From contig CBDBOV010000001.1 of assembly GCA_965208575.1 (NCBI GenBank), positions 288,001-352,000 of the forward strand: 64,000 nt of DNA. Reading direction: 5' to 3'. The position numbers and the translations under genes are program-made. Shown piece by piece: positions 45,435-55,244 of this stretch. The stretch is from Spirochaetia bacterium. GTDB lineage: Bacteria; Spirochaetota; Spirochaetia; SZUA-6; Bin103. Positions within the stretch are counted from its first letter, which is position 1, and each line of letters starts with the position of its first letter. The notes beneath the pieces are model-generated. The model searched no databases, was not told the origin of the DNA, and saw only the letters and a program-made list of their open reading frames with translations.

Positions 45435-46490
45435 ATGGAGCAGCGGCGGTTCGGCGATACCGAGCTGGCTACCTCGCCGATCGGCTTCGGCACCTGGGAG
45501 ATGAGCGGCACCATGTACGGCAAGATCGACGCCACTGCCGCCGGCCGCGCGGTCGGGGCGGCCATCGACCACGGCATCACGCTGTTCGACACCGCGGCCG
45601 TGTACGGGCCGTTCCACTCGGAGCGGCTGCTCGCCAAGGCGCTCGGCGCGCGGCGCCGGGAGGTGACCCTGGTCACCAAGGTGTGCGAGCGGCTCAGTGA
45701 CGACGAGACGCTGGACTGGCGCGACCGGATCGGACCGCGCGACGGCAGCTACGAGCACACCATCCGGGCGGCGGAGGGCTGCCTGCAGCGGCTCGCCACC
45801 GACGTGATCGACCTGCTGCTGATCCATCACCGCGACTTCGACACGCCGATCGCCGAGACCATCGGCGCGCTGGAGCGGTTGCGGGCCGACGGCAAGATCC
45901 GCTACTACGGCGTATCGAACCACGACGTGCCGATGCTGGAGGAGTGCCGGATTGTCGGCGGTGCCGGCAGCATCGCCACCAACCAGCTTCCGTTCAACCT
46001 GTTCGACCGGCGGGTGGAGCCGGAGATCCTGCCGTGGTGCGCGGCCAACGGCGTCGGGTTCATGTCCTACGGCACCCTCGGCTTCGGCCTGCTGACCGGT
46101 GCGTTCAGCGCTGACACCTCGTTCGGCGCCGACGACTGGCGCAGCGCGGGCAGTGCGTTCGGCCTGCCGCTGTTCGAGGGTGCGCCGTTCCGCGACCGGC
46201 TGCGGGTGGGCGCGCGGCTGGCCGAGCTGGCCGCGGAGCATGGCAGGACCCTGGCACAACTCGCCATCGCGTGGGTGCTGGATCATGGCCCGGTGACGGT
46301 GGCGCTGGTCGGCATGCGCAATGCGCGCGAGCTGAGCGAGAACGTCGGTGCGGCGAGCTGGAAGCTGACCGACGAGATTCGCGCACGGGTTGACCGAATC
46401 TTCGCAGCGGAGAACGTTACCACCTATGTCGGCACACCGGTCACGGTGCGGCCGGACCAACAAATTCTATCGGAGGGAGATGACGAATGA
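45435..46490 (+). CDS. Aldo/keto reductase
   Basis: IGFGTW, FDTAAVYG, LVTK, DLLLIH, GKIRYYGVSN, AQLAIAWVL. Confidence 0.92.
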   Translation: MEQRRFGDTELATSPIGFGTWEMSGTMYGKIDATAAGRAVGAAIDHGITLFDTAAVYGPFHSERLLAKALGARRREVTLVTKVCERLSDDETLDWRDRIGPRDGSYEHTIRAAEGCLQRLATDVIDLLLIHHRDFDTPIAETIGALERLRADGKIRYYGVSNHDVPMLEECRIVGGAGSIATNQLPFNLFDRRVEPEILPWCAANGVGFMSYGTLGFGLLTGAFSADTSFGADDWRSAGSAFGLPLFEGAPFRDRLRVGARLAELAAEHGRTLAQLAIAWVLDHGPVTVALVGMRNARELSENVGAASWKLTDEIRARVDRIFAAENVTTYVGTPVTVRPDQQILSEGDDE

Positions 46491-47206
46491 GCGACAACCA
46501 CAAACCTGACAAGCTGGTGTACACCGCGACGGTGGAGAAGCGGTTCAAGGCCCCCGGCCCGCAGCCGAACGGCCTGCAGGCGGCGGAGGACGGATTGTGG
46601 TGCATCGACCAGACCAACCTGAAGGTGCACCAGCTCGACTGGGAGACGGGCGCGGTGCTGCACGAGTTCCAGACCGCCACCGAGCACTCCAGCGGCATTA
46701 CGCTCGACGGCGACGGCAACGTGTGGATTACCTCCACCTGGCAGCTCGAGGTGGTGAAGTACGACCCGCGCACCGGCGAGGAGCTGGCGCGCTACCCGGA
46801 CCCCGGCAAGGGCGTAGCGGCCATGGTCGAAACCACCCCACCGCCGTGGAAGCCGTCGTCCAGCCACGGCATCGAGTGGCGCGACGGCAAGTTCTACCTG
46901 GCGGCGCCGCCCACGCAGCGCCTGCACGTGATGGACGCGGAAAGCTGGACCGAGGTGCGCTCGCTGGCGGCGCCGGGGTTGCGCATCCACGGCATCGGCT
47001 GGAACAGCGATGGCCGGCTGTGGGTGTCGGATACGTCGTCGGGCGCGGTCCACCTGATGGACGTCGACAGCGGGCGCTTCGTGGACGTGTTCCGGGTCGC
47101 CGAACCGGACGAAGTGCACGGCATGACGGTGCGCGGCGGCGAGGAAATCTGGTACTGCGACGCCGGCACCTGCGACATCGGCGTGCTGAAGCGGCCGGGC
47201 TCCTGA
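46487..47206 (+). CDS. Beta-propeller protein (glutaminyl cyclase/Vgb/NHL-like)
   Basis: Repeated blade motifs PNGL, SGIT, HGIEW, HGIGW, HGMT each followed by LW/VW strands. Confidence 0.7.
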   Translation: MSDNHKPDKLVYTATVEKRFKAPGPQPNGLQAAEDGLWCIDQTNLKVHQLDWETGAVLHEFQTATEHSSGITLDGDGNVWITSTWQLEVVKYDPRTGEELARYPDPGKGVAAMVETTPPPWKPSSSHGIEWRDGKFYLAAPPTQRLHVMDAESWTEVRSLAAPGLRIHGIGWNSDGRLWVSDTSSGAVHLMDVDSGRFVDVFRVAEPDEVHGMTVRGGEEIWYCDAGTCDIGVLKRPGS

Positions 47207-47368
47207 CAGCCCGTGGCGAAACTCCGGCTGCATTGAATGCAGCGATCGATCCCGGCTGCTGCGTCGCTCCTCGCTCTCAAGTGCCCTGACGTGCTCGCTC
47301 GCCGTGCCTTGCCAGCCGGGCGCCTCTCCGCTCTCGGTGTGACGCCGGCGGCCACCGCGGGCTGCTAG
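47207..47368. mobile_element. MITE-like element, copy d (~160 bp)
   Basis: CAGCCCGTGGCGAAACTCCGGCTGCATT ... CCGCGGGCTGCTA termini. Confidence 0.6.
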
Positions 47369-47386
47369 GCCGGACGCGCGCCCGGT

Positions 47387-48366
47387 ATGCGGCCCCCGAT
47401 CTTCAACTGCACCTACACCGCGCTGTCGAGCGCCGTGCAGGAGCGGCTCGCCGGCGTGGGTGAGGTGCACCCGTATCGGCCGGCGCCGCGCGATGCGACG
47501 CTGGAGCAGTTGCGCGCGGCGCACGCGCTGCTGGGCAGTCCATATCGCGCCGGCCGGATCGATGCCGCCTTCCTGGACGCGCTGCCATCGCTGCGGGTCA
47601 TCGCCGGGGTCGGCGTGGGCTACGACGGCATCGACGTGGATGCGGCGAGCGCGCGCGGCGTGGCCGTGTGCAACGCGCCGGGAGTGCTCAACACCGCGGT
47701 CGCCGAGTTGACCGTGGCGCTGATCCTGATGCTGGCGCGGCGCCTGGGTGAGAACGAGCGCTACGTGCGCAGCGGCGCGTGGACGCGCGGCGAGGAGGCG
47801 CCTCCGCTGGGCAGCGACGTCGGCGGCAAGACGCTCGGCGTGGTCGGGTTCGGGCGCATCGGGCGGCAGGTGACGCGCCACGCGCAGGGTTTCGCGCCAC
47901 CTGGTACGACGTGTTCCGGGAGCCGCCTCCCGGAGCTCCACCGGCCGAGTACCGGCCCCTCGACCAGCTCCTGGGGGAGGCCGACTTCGTGACCCTGCAC
48001 ACCGACCTGAACGACTCCTCGCGGCACCTGATCGGCGGGCGCGAGCTGGCCCTCATGAAGCCGACCGCCTACCTGGTGAACATGGCGCGCGGCGGCGTGG
48101 TCGACCAGGCGGCCCTCACCGCGGCGCTCCGCGACGGATCGATCGCGGGAGCGGGCCTCGACTGCCTGGCCCCGGAGCCGCCGCTGGCCAGCGACGACAT
48201 CGTGCGGCTGCCCAACGTCATCGCGCTGCCGCACGTCGGCACCGCGACCCACGAGACGCGCGAGGCGCTGGCGCAGATGGCGGCCGACAACGTCGTGGCC
48301 GTGCTCACCGGGCGCCCGCCGCGCGCTATCGTCAACCCCGAGGTGCTCGGCGCGCGCACACCGTAG
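47387..48366 (+). pseudogene. D-isomer 2-hydroxyacid dehydrogenase (glyoxylate reductase-like), frameshift near 47893
   Basis: Frame 1 has GVGYDGID...VGFGRIG; frame 2 has ADFVTLH...VNMARG...AGLD...LPHVGTAT. The junction lacks the usual GFGM residues. Confidence 0.8.
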
Positions 48367-48468
48367 CAGCTCGTGGGTCAACACTGGCTGCACTCCAGCG
48401 GCGATGCACCCCGGCTGGTGTGGCGGCCCGCAACTGCTCGCGCACGCGCCGCGCGTCCTGCAGCGGGG

Positions 48469-50127
48469 ATGAGGCGACCGGAGACAGCGATCGGGGCGAC
48501 CATCGGGGCGTGGACGCGGAGCGCCGCGCGCCTGTTGCTGAGGCTCGCGCCAGTGGCGCTGGCGTGCACGCCGGCGGCGGAGCCGGCGCCGGGAGCGGAG
48601 ATCTTCGTCGACGCGAGCGCGGCGGCCGGCATCGACGCGCCCCACGGGGGCGCCTGGGAGTTCGACGGCAAGGGTGGCTACCTCGGCATCGGTCAGGCCT
48701 GGGGCGACTACGACAACGACGGTCGGGTCGACCTGTTCCTGGCCGGCGGCCGGCTCCCGAGCATGCTGTATCGCAACAACGGCGACGGCACCTTCGCGGT
48801 CTCCGCACACGCCGCCGACGTCGCGCTGGCGGAGGCATGGACCGGCGGCGCCGTCTGGGCCGACTACGACAACGACGGCTGGCGCGACCTGTACGTGCTC
48901 ACCCACGGCGCCAACGTCCTGTTCCGGAACGAGGCCGGCGCAGGCTTCCGCGACGTCACCGCGGCGGCGGGGGTGGGCGCCGCCGGCAACGGTGCCACGG
49001 CGGCCTGGGGCGACTACGACGGCGATGGTCTCCTCGACCTGTTCGTGGCCAACTGGACCTGTTACCCGGAATGCTCCCCGGAGGAGGCGGACGCACTGAC
49101 CAGCGACCGGCTGTATCGCAACCGCGGCGACGGCACCTTCGAAGACGTCTCCGCGCTGCTCGGCGACAAGTTGCGCGGCGCCGCCTTCTCCGCCAGCTTC
49201 GCCGACTTCGACAACGACGGCGACCCAGACATCTACGTGGTCAACGACAAGGTCGACAACCCGATCGGCAACGTGCTGTGGCGCAATGACGGGCCGGGCT
49301 GCGGCGGCTGGTGCTGGCGCGACGTGTCGAGCGAGACCGGGACCGGCGCGGTGCGCAACGGCATGGGCCTGGCAGTCGGCGACTACGACAACGACCTGGA
49401 CCTGGACTTCTACTTCTCCGACATGGGCGAGCCGATGTCGCTGCTGCAGAACATGGACGGCCGCTTCCGCAACGCCAGCGAGGCGGCCGGCGTTGGGGCC
49501 GATCGGCACGGCCGGATTGTCGGTTGGGGCACGGCTTTCTTCGACTTCGACAACGACGGCTGGCTGGACCTGTTCCTGGCCGCCACCGCGTACTCGCCGC
49601 GTTCCAGCGACCCCGGGGCGCCGATCGACCTGCTGTTCTTGCCGCATCCCAACGTGCTGTACCGCAATCGCGGCTACGGCAACTACGTCGAGGTGACGCC
49701 GGCGAGCTGGCGGGTGCGCCCCGACCCCAGCATGGGCGTGGCGTACGCCGACTACGACGGCGACGGGTTCGTCGACTTCGTGGTGGGCAACTTCGACGCC
49801 GGCTACACGCTGTACCGGAACGCCGGGCTGGCGGGGGCGGACAACCACTGGCTGACGGTGCGGCTCGAAGGCCGCCGGCCGGTCAACCGCGACGCGATCG
49901 GCGCCCGGGTGTACGTCACCGCCGGCGACGGCCGCCCGCGCATGCAGGAGGTGAAGAGCGGCTCGTCCCTGGGCGCCGGCAACGACACCGCGCTGCACTT
50001 CGGCCTCGGCGGCTCGGCGGCCGCCGACGTGCGCGTGCTGTGGCCCGACGGCACCGAGGCGGTATTCGAGGCGGTCCCCGCAAACCGGAAGTTGCACCTG
50101 ATCTACGCCCAGACTAAGTTGAGGTGA
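48469..50127 (+). CDS. CRTAC1-like FG-GAP repeat protein with C-terminal ASPIC/UnbV domain
   Basis: Repeated (G/A)D(Y/F)D(N/G)DG..D(L/I) Ca-binding motifs; NRDAIGARV; LHFGLG; V.WPDG. Confidence 0.9.
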   Translation: MRRPETAIGATIGAWTRSAARLLLRLAPVALACTPAAEPAPGAEIFVDASAAAGIDAPHGGAWEFDGKGGYLGIGQAWGDYDNDGRVDLFLAGGRLPSMLYRNNGDGTFAVSAHAADVALAEAWTGGAVWADYDNDGWRDLYVLTHGANVLFRNEAGAGFRDVTAAAGVGAAGNGATAAWGDYDGDGLLDLFVANWTCYPECSPEEADALTSDRLYRNRGDGTFEDVSALLGDKLRGAAFSASFADFDNDGDPDIYVVNDKVDNPIGNVLWRNDGPGCGGWCWRDVSSETGTGAVRNGMGLAVGDYDNDLDLDFYFSDMGEPMSLLQNMDGRFRNASEAAGVGADRHGRIVGWGTAFFDFDNDGWLDLFLAATAYSPRSSDPGAPIDLLFLPHPNVLYRNRGYGNYVEVTPASWRVRPDPSMGVAYADYDGDGFVDFVVGNFDAGYTLYRNAGLAGADNHWLTVRLEGRRPVNRDAIGARVYVTAGDGRPRMQEVKSGSSLGAGNDTALHFGLGGSAAADVRVLWPDGTEAVFEAVPANRKLHLIYAQTKLR

Positions 50128-50396
50128 CCGATCCTGAGGAGAGGCTCTCGAATACCGCTTGTATGGTGCTGACCCTTCCCCGCTGGAACTGCGGGCGTAG
50201 CGCCGGCTTGGTGTGTTGGCGAGTTGCGGGCTGTTGTAGTCGTGCATGCCCACCTCTGCCGGCCGTGGGGCGTAACTGGCTTGGGCTTGGTTGATTCGGA
50301 CTGCCGGCTTGACTCTGCCGAGTTTCCGGGCAACACTGTCTCGCTGATGAAGGGGTGGTCGCCCAGGTGTGGGGCTGCCATTTTGGGTCACACGGC

Positions 50397-51908
50397 ATGT
50401 TGACGCGGCTCTCTGTTTCAGGCTTTAAGAACCTGGTTGATGTGGATCTCCATCTTGGTGCATTTACGTGTGTCGTCGGGCCCAACGGTGCGGGGAAGTC
50501 CAACCTCTTCGACGCAATCCGGTTTCTCAGTGCACTAGCCAACCATACTTTCCTGGAGGCGGCCTCCTCGGTCCGCGATCAACACAGCCGTACTGCTCAG
50601 ATACGGGACCTGTTCCATCACGTAGGCAGTCACTATGCCGGCAACATGAAGTTTGTTGCGGAGATGATCGTTCCCGGCAACGCGACTGATGATCTTGGAC
50701 AGGAGGCGAAAGCAAGCATTACGTTCCTGCGCTACTCCTTGGAACTCGCCTACCGAGAGTCTAACGACAGCTTAGCCCCGGGAGCGCTGGAGATTGTCAA
50801 GGAGGAGTTGGTTCATGTCACACAGCGTGACGCGCCACGACACCTCCCATTTCCTCATAGCGCGAAGGACTGGCGCAAGTCGGTGGTACAGGGACAGAGG
50901 CGTGCGCGCTATTTCATCTCAACCGAAGGGGAAGGTCAGAACCGGGTAATTAAGCTGCATCAGGATGGTGGCAGCAGCGGGCGTCCCCTGAGCCGGCCGG
51001 CTGCCAATCTTCCGCGCACGGTACTTTCGGCGGCAAATGCAACGGAGAGCCCTACCGTGCTGACTGCTCGCCGCGAAATGGAAGCATGGCAGCTTGTACA
51101 ATTGGAACCTAGCGCCATGAGAAAGCCCGACGAATTCGTATCTCCAACCCATGTGGGAACGGACGGACGTCACCTGGCGGCAACTCTTTATCGATTGGCC
51201 CGTAGTGCGGAACAGCACGAGCACAATGGCAACCGAGACGCTCTTGTTACGGGCCTTCAAACTTCTGCTCCGAACGGTGAAGATCTAGGAGCATACAGTC
51301 AGATCGCCAACCGTCTTGGTGAGCTTATCGACGATGTGCATGGTATCTATGTAGATCTCGATGAAAAGCGAGAGTTGATGACGTTGTACGTGAGAGACAG
51401 GGATGGGACTTCACATCCTGCACGGGCACTGTCGGATGGTACCTTGAGGTTTCTCGCGTTGTCCGTTCTGGAGAGCGACGCCAAGATGCAAGGCGTCCTT
51501 TGTCTGGAGGAACCCGAGAACGGTATTCATCCGGAGCGGATTCCAGCCATACTTGAGCTCCTGATGGACATCGCCGTCGACACTCATCAATCTGTCGGCA
51601 TTGACAATCCGTTGCGCCAAGTTATTGTCAACACACATTCGCCGGTAGTATTCCAGCAAGTTCCGGATGACAGTGTGGTATTCGTCAAGCCGATCGAGGC
51701 CGTGGACAATTCCGGTCGTCGCTTCAAGAGTGCGCAATTCCTCTGTTTGTCAGATACTTGGCGTGCGCTGGACCGTGAGCACGCAGCACGGGGTGACCTC
51801 CTGCCCTATCTGAATCCGGTGCTGTCCGAAGAACAGCCAGAACCGTACGTCAAGAAACGGGTGGTCGATCGGGATGACGTGCAGCAACTTCTGTTGTTCT
51901 CTCAGTAG
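50397..51908 (+). CDS. AAA_21/ABC-type ATPase (RecF/SMC-like, AbiEii-type)
   Basis: GFKNL, GPNGAGKSN, LSDGTLR, CLEEPENGIHP, VNTHSP; visibly lower GC than flanks. Confidence 0.88.
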   Translation: MLTRLSVSGFKNLVDVDLHLGAFTCVVGPNGAGKSNLFDAIRFLSALANHTFLEAASSVRDQHSRTAQIRDLFHHVGSHYAGNMKFVAEMIVPGNATDDLGQEAKASITFLRYSLELAYRESNDSLAPGALEIVKEELVHVTQRDAPRHLPFPHSAKDWRKSVVQGQRRARYFISTEGEGQNRVIKLHQDGGSSGRPLSRPAANLPRTVLSAANATESPTVLTARREMEAWQLVQLEPSAMRKPDEFVSPTHVGTDGRHLAATLYRLARSAEQHEHNGNRDALVTGLQTSAPNGEDLGAYSQIANRLGELIDDVHGIYVDLDEKRELMTLYVRDRDGTSHPARALSDGTLRFLALSVLESDAKMQGVLCLEEPENGIHPERIPAILELLMDIAVDTHQSVGIDNPLRQVIVNTHSPVVFQQVPDDSVVFVKPIEAVDNSGRRFKSAQFLCLSDTWRALDREHAARGDLLPYLNPVLSEEQPEPYVKKRVVDRDDVQQLLLFSQ

Positions 51909-51917
51909 CGGCGTCCT

Positions 51918-52550
51918 GTGCATAGATTGAACTACACACTGGTGTCGGACGGGACGTCTGATCGCGCACTGTTACCGATTCTGTCGTGGCTGCTGCGGGG
52001 CTTTTGCGGTTCGCTGCCCATCCAGCCGGAAATTGCTGATCTGAGAAGGCTGAGAAATCCTCCAAGATCGCTTGTGGACCGCATTGAGCGGAGCATCGAA
52101 CTCTATCCATGCGATCTGCTCTTCGTGCACCGGGACGCGGAGGGAGCTGCCTTCGAGGATCGGCTAGCGGAGATCACAGCGGCTCTGAGTGAGAGTTTGG
52201 CGACTGCAATGCCTGCGGTATGCATAGTTCCCGTGCGCATGTCGGAGGCGTGGTTGCTCATCGACGAGAGCGCGCTTCGACATGCAGCGGGCAATCCCAA
52301 CGGTAGCGTACGCCTGAATTTGCCGAGTCCGCATCGACTCGAACAGTTGCCAGATCCCAAACGAGTTCTTCACGAGGTCTTGCGGCGGGCAAGCGGGCTG
52401 CGCGGCCGCCGCCTTACTAGCTTCAACCGTCGGTTACACCGATGTCGCGTAGCTGATTGGATCGATGACTTTAGCTCCCTATATGGTCTCCCTGCATTCC
52501 AGCGCTTGTCAGCGGATTTGAGGCAGGTCGTAACCTCGAACGGCTGGTGA
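51918..52550 (+). CDS. DUF4276/RloB-like (TOPRIM-like) partner protein
   Basis: LVSDGTSD, LFVHRDAE, VPVRMSEAWLL, DPK..L, LPAFQRL; starts 9 bp after the ATPase stop. Confidence 0.75.
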   Translation: MHRLNYTLVSDGTSDRALLPILSWLLRGFCGSLPIQPEIADLRRLRNPPRSLVDRIERSIELYPCDLLFVHRDAEGAAFEDRLAEITAALSESLATAMPAVCIVPVRMSEAWLLIDESALRHAAGNPNGSVRLNLPSPHRLEQLPDPKRVLHEVLRRASGLRGRRLTSFNRRLHRCRVADWIDDFSSLYGLPAFQRLSADLRQVVTSNGW

Positions 52551-52787
52551 CCAGTGGCGGGAAGTCGGCATTTCCCCCGAGCTGATCGAACGATTTCCCG
52601 AGTTGCATGTCGTTCTCGGTATGGATTCGGCGTATCCGGCGCCCAGCACCGGCGAGTCCCCTCTGAACGAACGGGTCGAGCCGTTCATGAAGCTCGGCCA
52701 GGACAAGTTCGCGTGAGGTGAGCAGGACTTGATGGCTCAATCGGGGTATATTCCGATTTAGTCGAACTATTTCGGAGTACATTACGA

Positions 52788-53956
52788 ATGGGTCAGTATC
52801 AGCGTGTCCTCGACATCGACCTTCCGCAGGGCCAGTCGGCGTTCCTGTGGGGTCCCCGCAAGACCGGCAAGTCGACGCTGCTGCGGGAGCTGTTCCCGCA
52901 CTCCGCCCGCTTCGACCTGCTCGATACCCGGTTGATGCTGGAGTTCACGCGGGCTCCGTGGACGCTTGCGGACCGCGTCCGCGCGCTCGACCCGGCCGCC
53001 AGGGCGCATCCGATCATCATCGACGAGGTGCAGAAGGTGCCGGCGCTCCTTGACGAAGTGCATCGCATGATTGAGGGCGACCGCCTGAGCTTCGTGCTGT
53101 GCGGCTCCAGCGCTCGCAAGGTGAGCGCGGGCGAGCCAACCTGCTCGGCGGCCGGGCATGGGGCTTCCGGCTGCATCCGCTGAGTTGGCGCGAGATTCCG
53201 GAGTTCGACCTGCTGCGCGCGCTCAATCGCGGACTCGTGCCGCAGCACTACGACTCCGCGCGGCACCGGCGGGCGCTGTCCGGGTACGTGGACACCTACC
53301 TCAAGGAGGAGGTGTTCGACGAGGGGCTGACCCGCAACGTGGCAGCGTTCTCACGCTTCTTCGACGCGCTGTCGTTCTGCCACGGCGAGCTGCTGAACTA
53401 CAGCAACGTGGCGCGTGACTGCGGCGTCGACTCCAAGACGGTGCGCGAGTATTTCCAGATTCTCGTGGATACCCTGCTCGGTGTGTTCGTGGAGCCGTTC
53501 AGCGGGCGGCCCCGCTCGCGAGCGGTGATCGTGCGGGCGCCGAAGTTCTACCTGTTCGACGTCGGCGTCGCCGGCCACCCGACCGGGCGCCGCATCGGGC
53601 AGGCCGCGGGCCCGGACTTCGGGCGCGCCCTCGAGCACTTCGTGCTGATGGAACTGCTCGCCTGCCGCAGCTACCGGGAGTGCGACTACGAGGTGCGCTT
53701 CTGGCGCACCAGGTCGGGCCTGGAGTGCGACTTCGTGCTCGGGCGGGAGGGCGAGGTGGCCATCGAGGTCAAGGGCAGCGCCAACCCCGGCCCGGGAGAC
53801 CTTCGGGCACTGCGTGCTTACGTGCGGGATCATCGTCCCCGTCTCGCCGCCCTGGTCTGCAACGCGAGCGCTCCACGGCGCACACCCGACGGCATCGACA
53901 TTCTGCCCTGGGAAGTGTTCCTGGAACGGCTGTGGGCCGGCACGATCATGGCATGA
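52788..53956 (+). pseudogene. AAA_14 + DUF4143 ATP-binding protein, frameshift near 53124
   Basis: LWGPRKTGKS, IDEVQK and CGSSARK in one frame; NLLGGRA, PKFYLFDVG, FWRT..G.ECDF and IEVK in another. Confidence 0.85.
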
Positions 53957-54018
53957 CGCGCGTTGTGGATAACGCACTGCCGGCGACTGCCGGGCACGCA
54001 GGTTGAGAGGCCATCATT

Positions 54019-55242
54019 TCAGGATGCCGTTGATGAACCACCCAGCATGCCGAGCAGGACCTCTGCCGCCCTATCGGCGAAGGCCGGATCGTTGATGTTG
54101 CAGTCCAGCTCCACGACTTCGATGCCCGGCTTCAGGTTGTTCTTGATGGCCTGGAAGCAGGCGCGGTCGGCATCCGGATCCCAGAAGGCGCCGCCCTCGG
54201 TGTCGAGCATCGACACACCGCCCAGTGGCAGGAGGATAGCCACCGGCGCCGTCGACGCGTTAGCCGCAGCGGCGATCAACTCGCCGATACGCCTGTTCTC
54301 GTCTGCATTGGTGCGGAGCAGGGTGGCGGTCGGCGTCCACTGAAACAGATTGCGCTCCCGGTACCGCTCGGGCACGGAGTCGAGGGCGCCGAAGTTGGCC
54401 ATATCCACACAGCCCGGCGCGATGACCGCCGGTATCCCGGCCCGCGAGGCGGCCATGCAGCGCTCCGGCCCGGCGCTCGCCCCGCCGCCGCACACCTCGT
54501 CGGCCAACTCGGTGGTGGTGATGTCGAGGCAGGCGACGATGTAGCCGTCCGCGATCATGCCCTCCATGGTCTGTCCGCCGATGCCGGTGGCATGGAACAC
54601 CAGCACCTCGTAGCCGTGGTCGGTGAGCACGCCGCGGGCGCGGTCGACGCAGGCCGTCGTGTTGCCGAACATCGACGCGGTAATCAGCGGCTTGTCCAGC
54701 TCACTGGCAGGAGGCTCCACGCCGAGCATGCCGGCGATGGCGCCAACCGCGTTGGCGTACACCCTGGCGCTGATGCGGTTGATGCCGGCCACGTCGACGA
54801 TCGACGGCATCATGATGATGTCCTTCGGGCCGACGAAGGCGCGCACGTTGCCACCGGCGACGGTGGAGACCATCACCTTGGGCACGCCGAAGGGCAGCGC
54901 GCGCATGCCCGTCGTGGCGATCGAGGTGCCACCACCGCCGCCCATGCCCAGGATCGCATCCAGCCGGCCCTCGTCGTACAGCCGTCGTACCACCACCGCC
55001 AGGCCCTCGGCCATGATCGGCATCGCCTCTTCGCGCAGCTTGTTGCGACGCAGGTACTCGAGATCGCCGCCGCCGGCCCGCGCCACCTCCTCGCGGCTTA
55101 CATCCGCAGGAATGGTCGGCTCACCCAGGATGCCGAAGTCGACGACCAGGGCGGCCAGCCCCTGCTGCTCGACCAGGTCCTTCACGAAGGCGAGCTCCGG
55201 GCCCTTCGTGTCCAGGGCGCCGACGATGACGACGGCCTTCAC
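54019..55242 (-). CDS. UPF0261 / Tm-1-like ATP-binding domain protein
   Basis: VGALDTKG.E, GGGGGTS, LPFGVPKVMVST, SMFGNTT, VFHATG.GG, DITTTE, PGCVDM.NFG, INDP.FA. Confidence 0.92.
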   Translation of the reverse strand: MKAVVIVGALDTKGPELAFVKDLVEQQGLAALVVDFGILGEPTIPADVSREEVARAGGGDLEYLRRNKLREEAMPIMAEGLAVVVRRLYDEGRLDAILGMGGGGGTSIATTGMRALPFGVPKVMVSTVAGGNVRAFVGPKDIIMMPSIVDVAGINRISARVYANAVGAIAGMLGVEPPASELDKPLITASMFGNTTACVDRARGVLTDHGYEVLVFHATGIGGQTMEGMIADGYIVACLDITTTELADEVCGGGASAGPERCMAASRAGIPAVIAPGCVDMANFGALDSVPERYRERNLFQWTPTATLLRTNADENRRIGELIAAAANASTAPVAILLPLGGVSMLDTEGGAFWDPDADRACFQAIKNNLKPGIEVVELDCNINDPAFADRAAEVLLGMLGGSSTAS

Positions 55243-55244
55243 GC

